From the IMG/VR virus record IMGVR_UViG_3300036851_000283, positions 1 to 58,751 of that record: 58,751 nucleotides of DNA, one strand, 5' to 3'. Shown piece by piece: positions 58,401 through 58,751 of the stretch. The notes under the pieces are model-generated. The model did no database searches. It worked only from the letters and a program-made list of their open reading frames with translations, and had not been told where the DNA came from. This stretch comes from a virus. Taxonomy: Duplodnaviria > Caudoviricetes. The position numbers and the translations under genes were made by a program. How positions within the stretch are numbered: position 1 is the stretch's first letter; each line of letters opens with the position of its first letter.

Positions 58401-58751
58401 GATATTGCGGCCCAGATTATTTCCGTCCGCAAGCTGTTGGATTACTTCAAAGGCAAGCAGCCGAGCCTGACTGGAATGCTGAGAGATGCCCCAAGCGACA
58501 TTCAGCGCGATCTGACGAGAATTGTCAATTTAGCGAAGAAGAATTTCAAACTGGATGGTCCGACCGACAATCCGAAAGCGATCAAGTCGGCGATAGACGC
58601 CATCAACACCCGGCTCAAAAACCGGATTTCCGATTTGAAGCAGGAGATTGCAACCCGCCAAAAAATAACCCGCGAGCGTTCGCCGTCTCCTTACAACGCG
58701 GAGACGCTGCGATTGCGTCAGGAACTCGAAACTTTGCAGGCCGAGCGCGAT
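55446..58751 (+). CDS. Large internal virion/ejection protein, N-terminal part (continues through the join to 2023; about 1733 aa)
   Basis: ATG at 55446 (MPTFAVTDERTGRKFQLEG); no closed ORF in this frame in the track; in frame with ORF 11..2023 (58635 equals 11, 1063 codons on); Gly/Ala-rich hydrophobic stretch then coiled coil; last gene of the tail/ejection block. Confidence 0.8.
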   Translation, partial: MPTFAVTDERTGRKFQLEGDSEPDEQELEEIFASQEQQAPAAPPDLLSEFSNATLDPGYFPGLERDRKVAEMRRDLNLEPVPIDPVSVLRRGVADPAISLAKGVIGLPEAAVGLLDIPTLGGAGKLLEAGGYGFQPKVAKEFLSEFYSPEQKEANRAVEEAKGFGGTIVKALQNPSTIANTAIESVPLMLGGGAVAKQLLTKAPKLGVLAAAAIGEGAAGAGAAAESTRQQTDSGLLTPQQAALSLSSGAVTGALGVLGGRVAQKLGIADIDTLMAGATTPTAKKALAERVVQGFVSEGLLEELPQSALEQIQGNLANGRPWSEGVEKAAAQGLLTGGVMGGGANIRGATPAAAPVIQDTGVNPALSAAAAEFNRRGVGIAGLPETQPIQEFDETGSGLTAAPPLVEEAQPIADAPVSLKLPGETAADELMAMPTEQANKFFDDIRAAGNATQNDAVLHGMKLTEQDVPRLQEMERQARSDAQAAVKANDSPGYKSAFGKMVWLNGAIEGANKKGPNFDTVTQRLAKESAPKPLTGEEIGEMLGSEFRGEAGKGGTLLQFEAKKPDGTASTSFSVKKGATADEVRAKYQEVMDRYKDDPENAPRPLPQEAEPEMEFTALDPATGSPISSIQPLLEKADARKAKIDEQRATAQPAPTGVGPGMGGALYGETAPAGTTLKNASGELERITSGLPEAFETQKRAMLPVWIQSGELMAKDPQSGAKLAAELKINPERGMTDLDSALLLRHKVALENAKNQAAEDTNTAKTPEAKLEAQNRFDAISNEMLDLLDAAKFRGAQWGREGRWRQAIAFEDFSLETMRRDARLKADRPLTPEEEADIKRRHKDITDKQKRVDEATAKAEKDEREAGQKDAVDEAVKTGKARKAKDKAAGIVRDMEAEQREAINFLKDHFIENGELIGGERSIRKLMELIVEREGITERLPLETRVHEILIGVDPTLTREATLDLMSGYGKSKLPSQEPSKKVVRDIAAQIISVRKLLDYFKGKQPSLTGMLRDAPSDIQRDLTRIVNLAKKNFKLDGPTDNPKAIKSAIDAINTRLKNRISDLKQEIATRQKITRERSPSPYNAETLRLRQELETLQAERD
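58625..58751. repeat. Terminal direct repeat copy 2 (circular assembly overlap)
   Basis: Identical to 1-127. Confidence 0.95.

Overview
The window looks like a complete, circularly assembled genome (about 58,624 bp; bases 58625-58751 duplicate 1-127) of a podovirus-like tailed phage. The host is probably a Verrucomicrobiota bacterium; this is an inference from two secreted proteins with an STNLxxW...FY/FR C-terminal domain and from AT-rich starts that lack a Shine-Dalgarno site. Recognisable modules: portal, scaffold, major capsid, head-fibre/decoration cluster, lysis-like cassette, RecE/RecT-like pair, replication initiator plus DnaB, three DNA methyltransferase-like genes, terminase, tail nozzle/adaptor/fibres, and ejection proteins, including a 1733-aa ORF that spans the contig junction. 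I found no integrase, DNA polymerase, endolysin, tRNA, CRISPR array or reverse transcriptase. Main observations: (1) 11 copies of an 18-bp palindrome, TTGACA-N6-TGTCAA, at gene junctions, doubling as -35 box and often as the upstream stop codon, most heading small-gene islands; (2) a Cys-bracketed module of about 37 aa shared by fibre-like genes next to the capsid gene, nearly identical in protein but heavily recoded in DNA; (3) four glycosyltransferase-like and three small-molecule methyltransferase genes inside the virion operons, a candidate virion glycosylation system; (4) an orphan receiver domain in the lysis cassette; (5) an enzyme gene split by a translationally coupled 25-aa mini-ORF; (6) an apparent ori/linker segment lying inverted upstream of the initiator gene. 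All product calls come from reading motifs by eye; no database searches were run.
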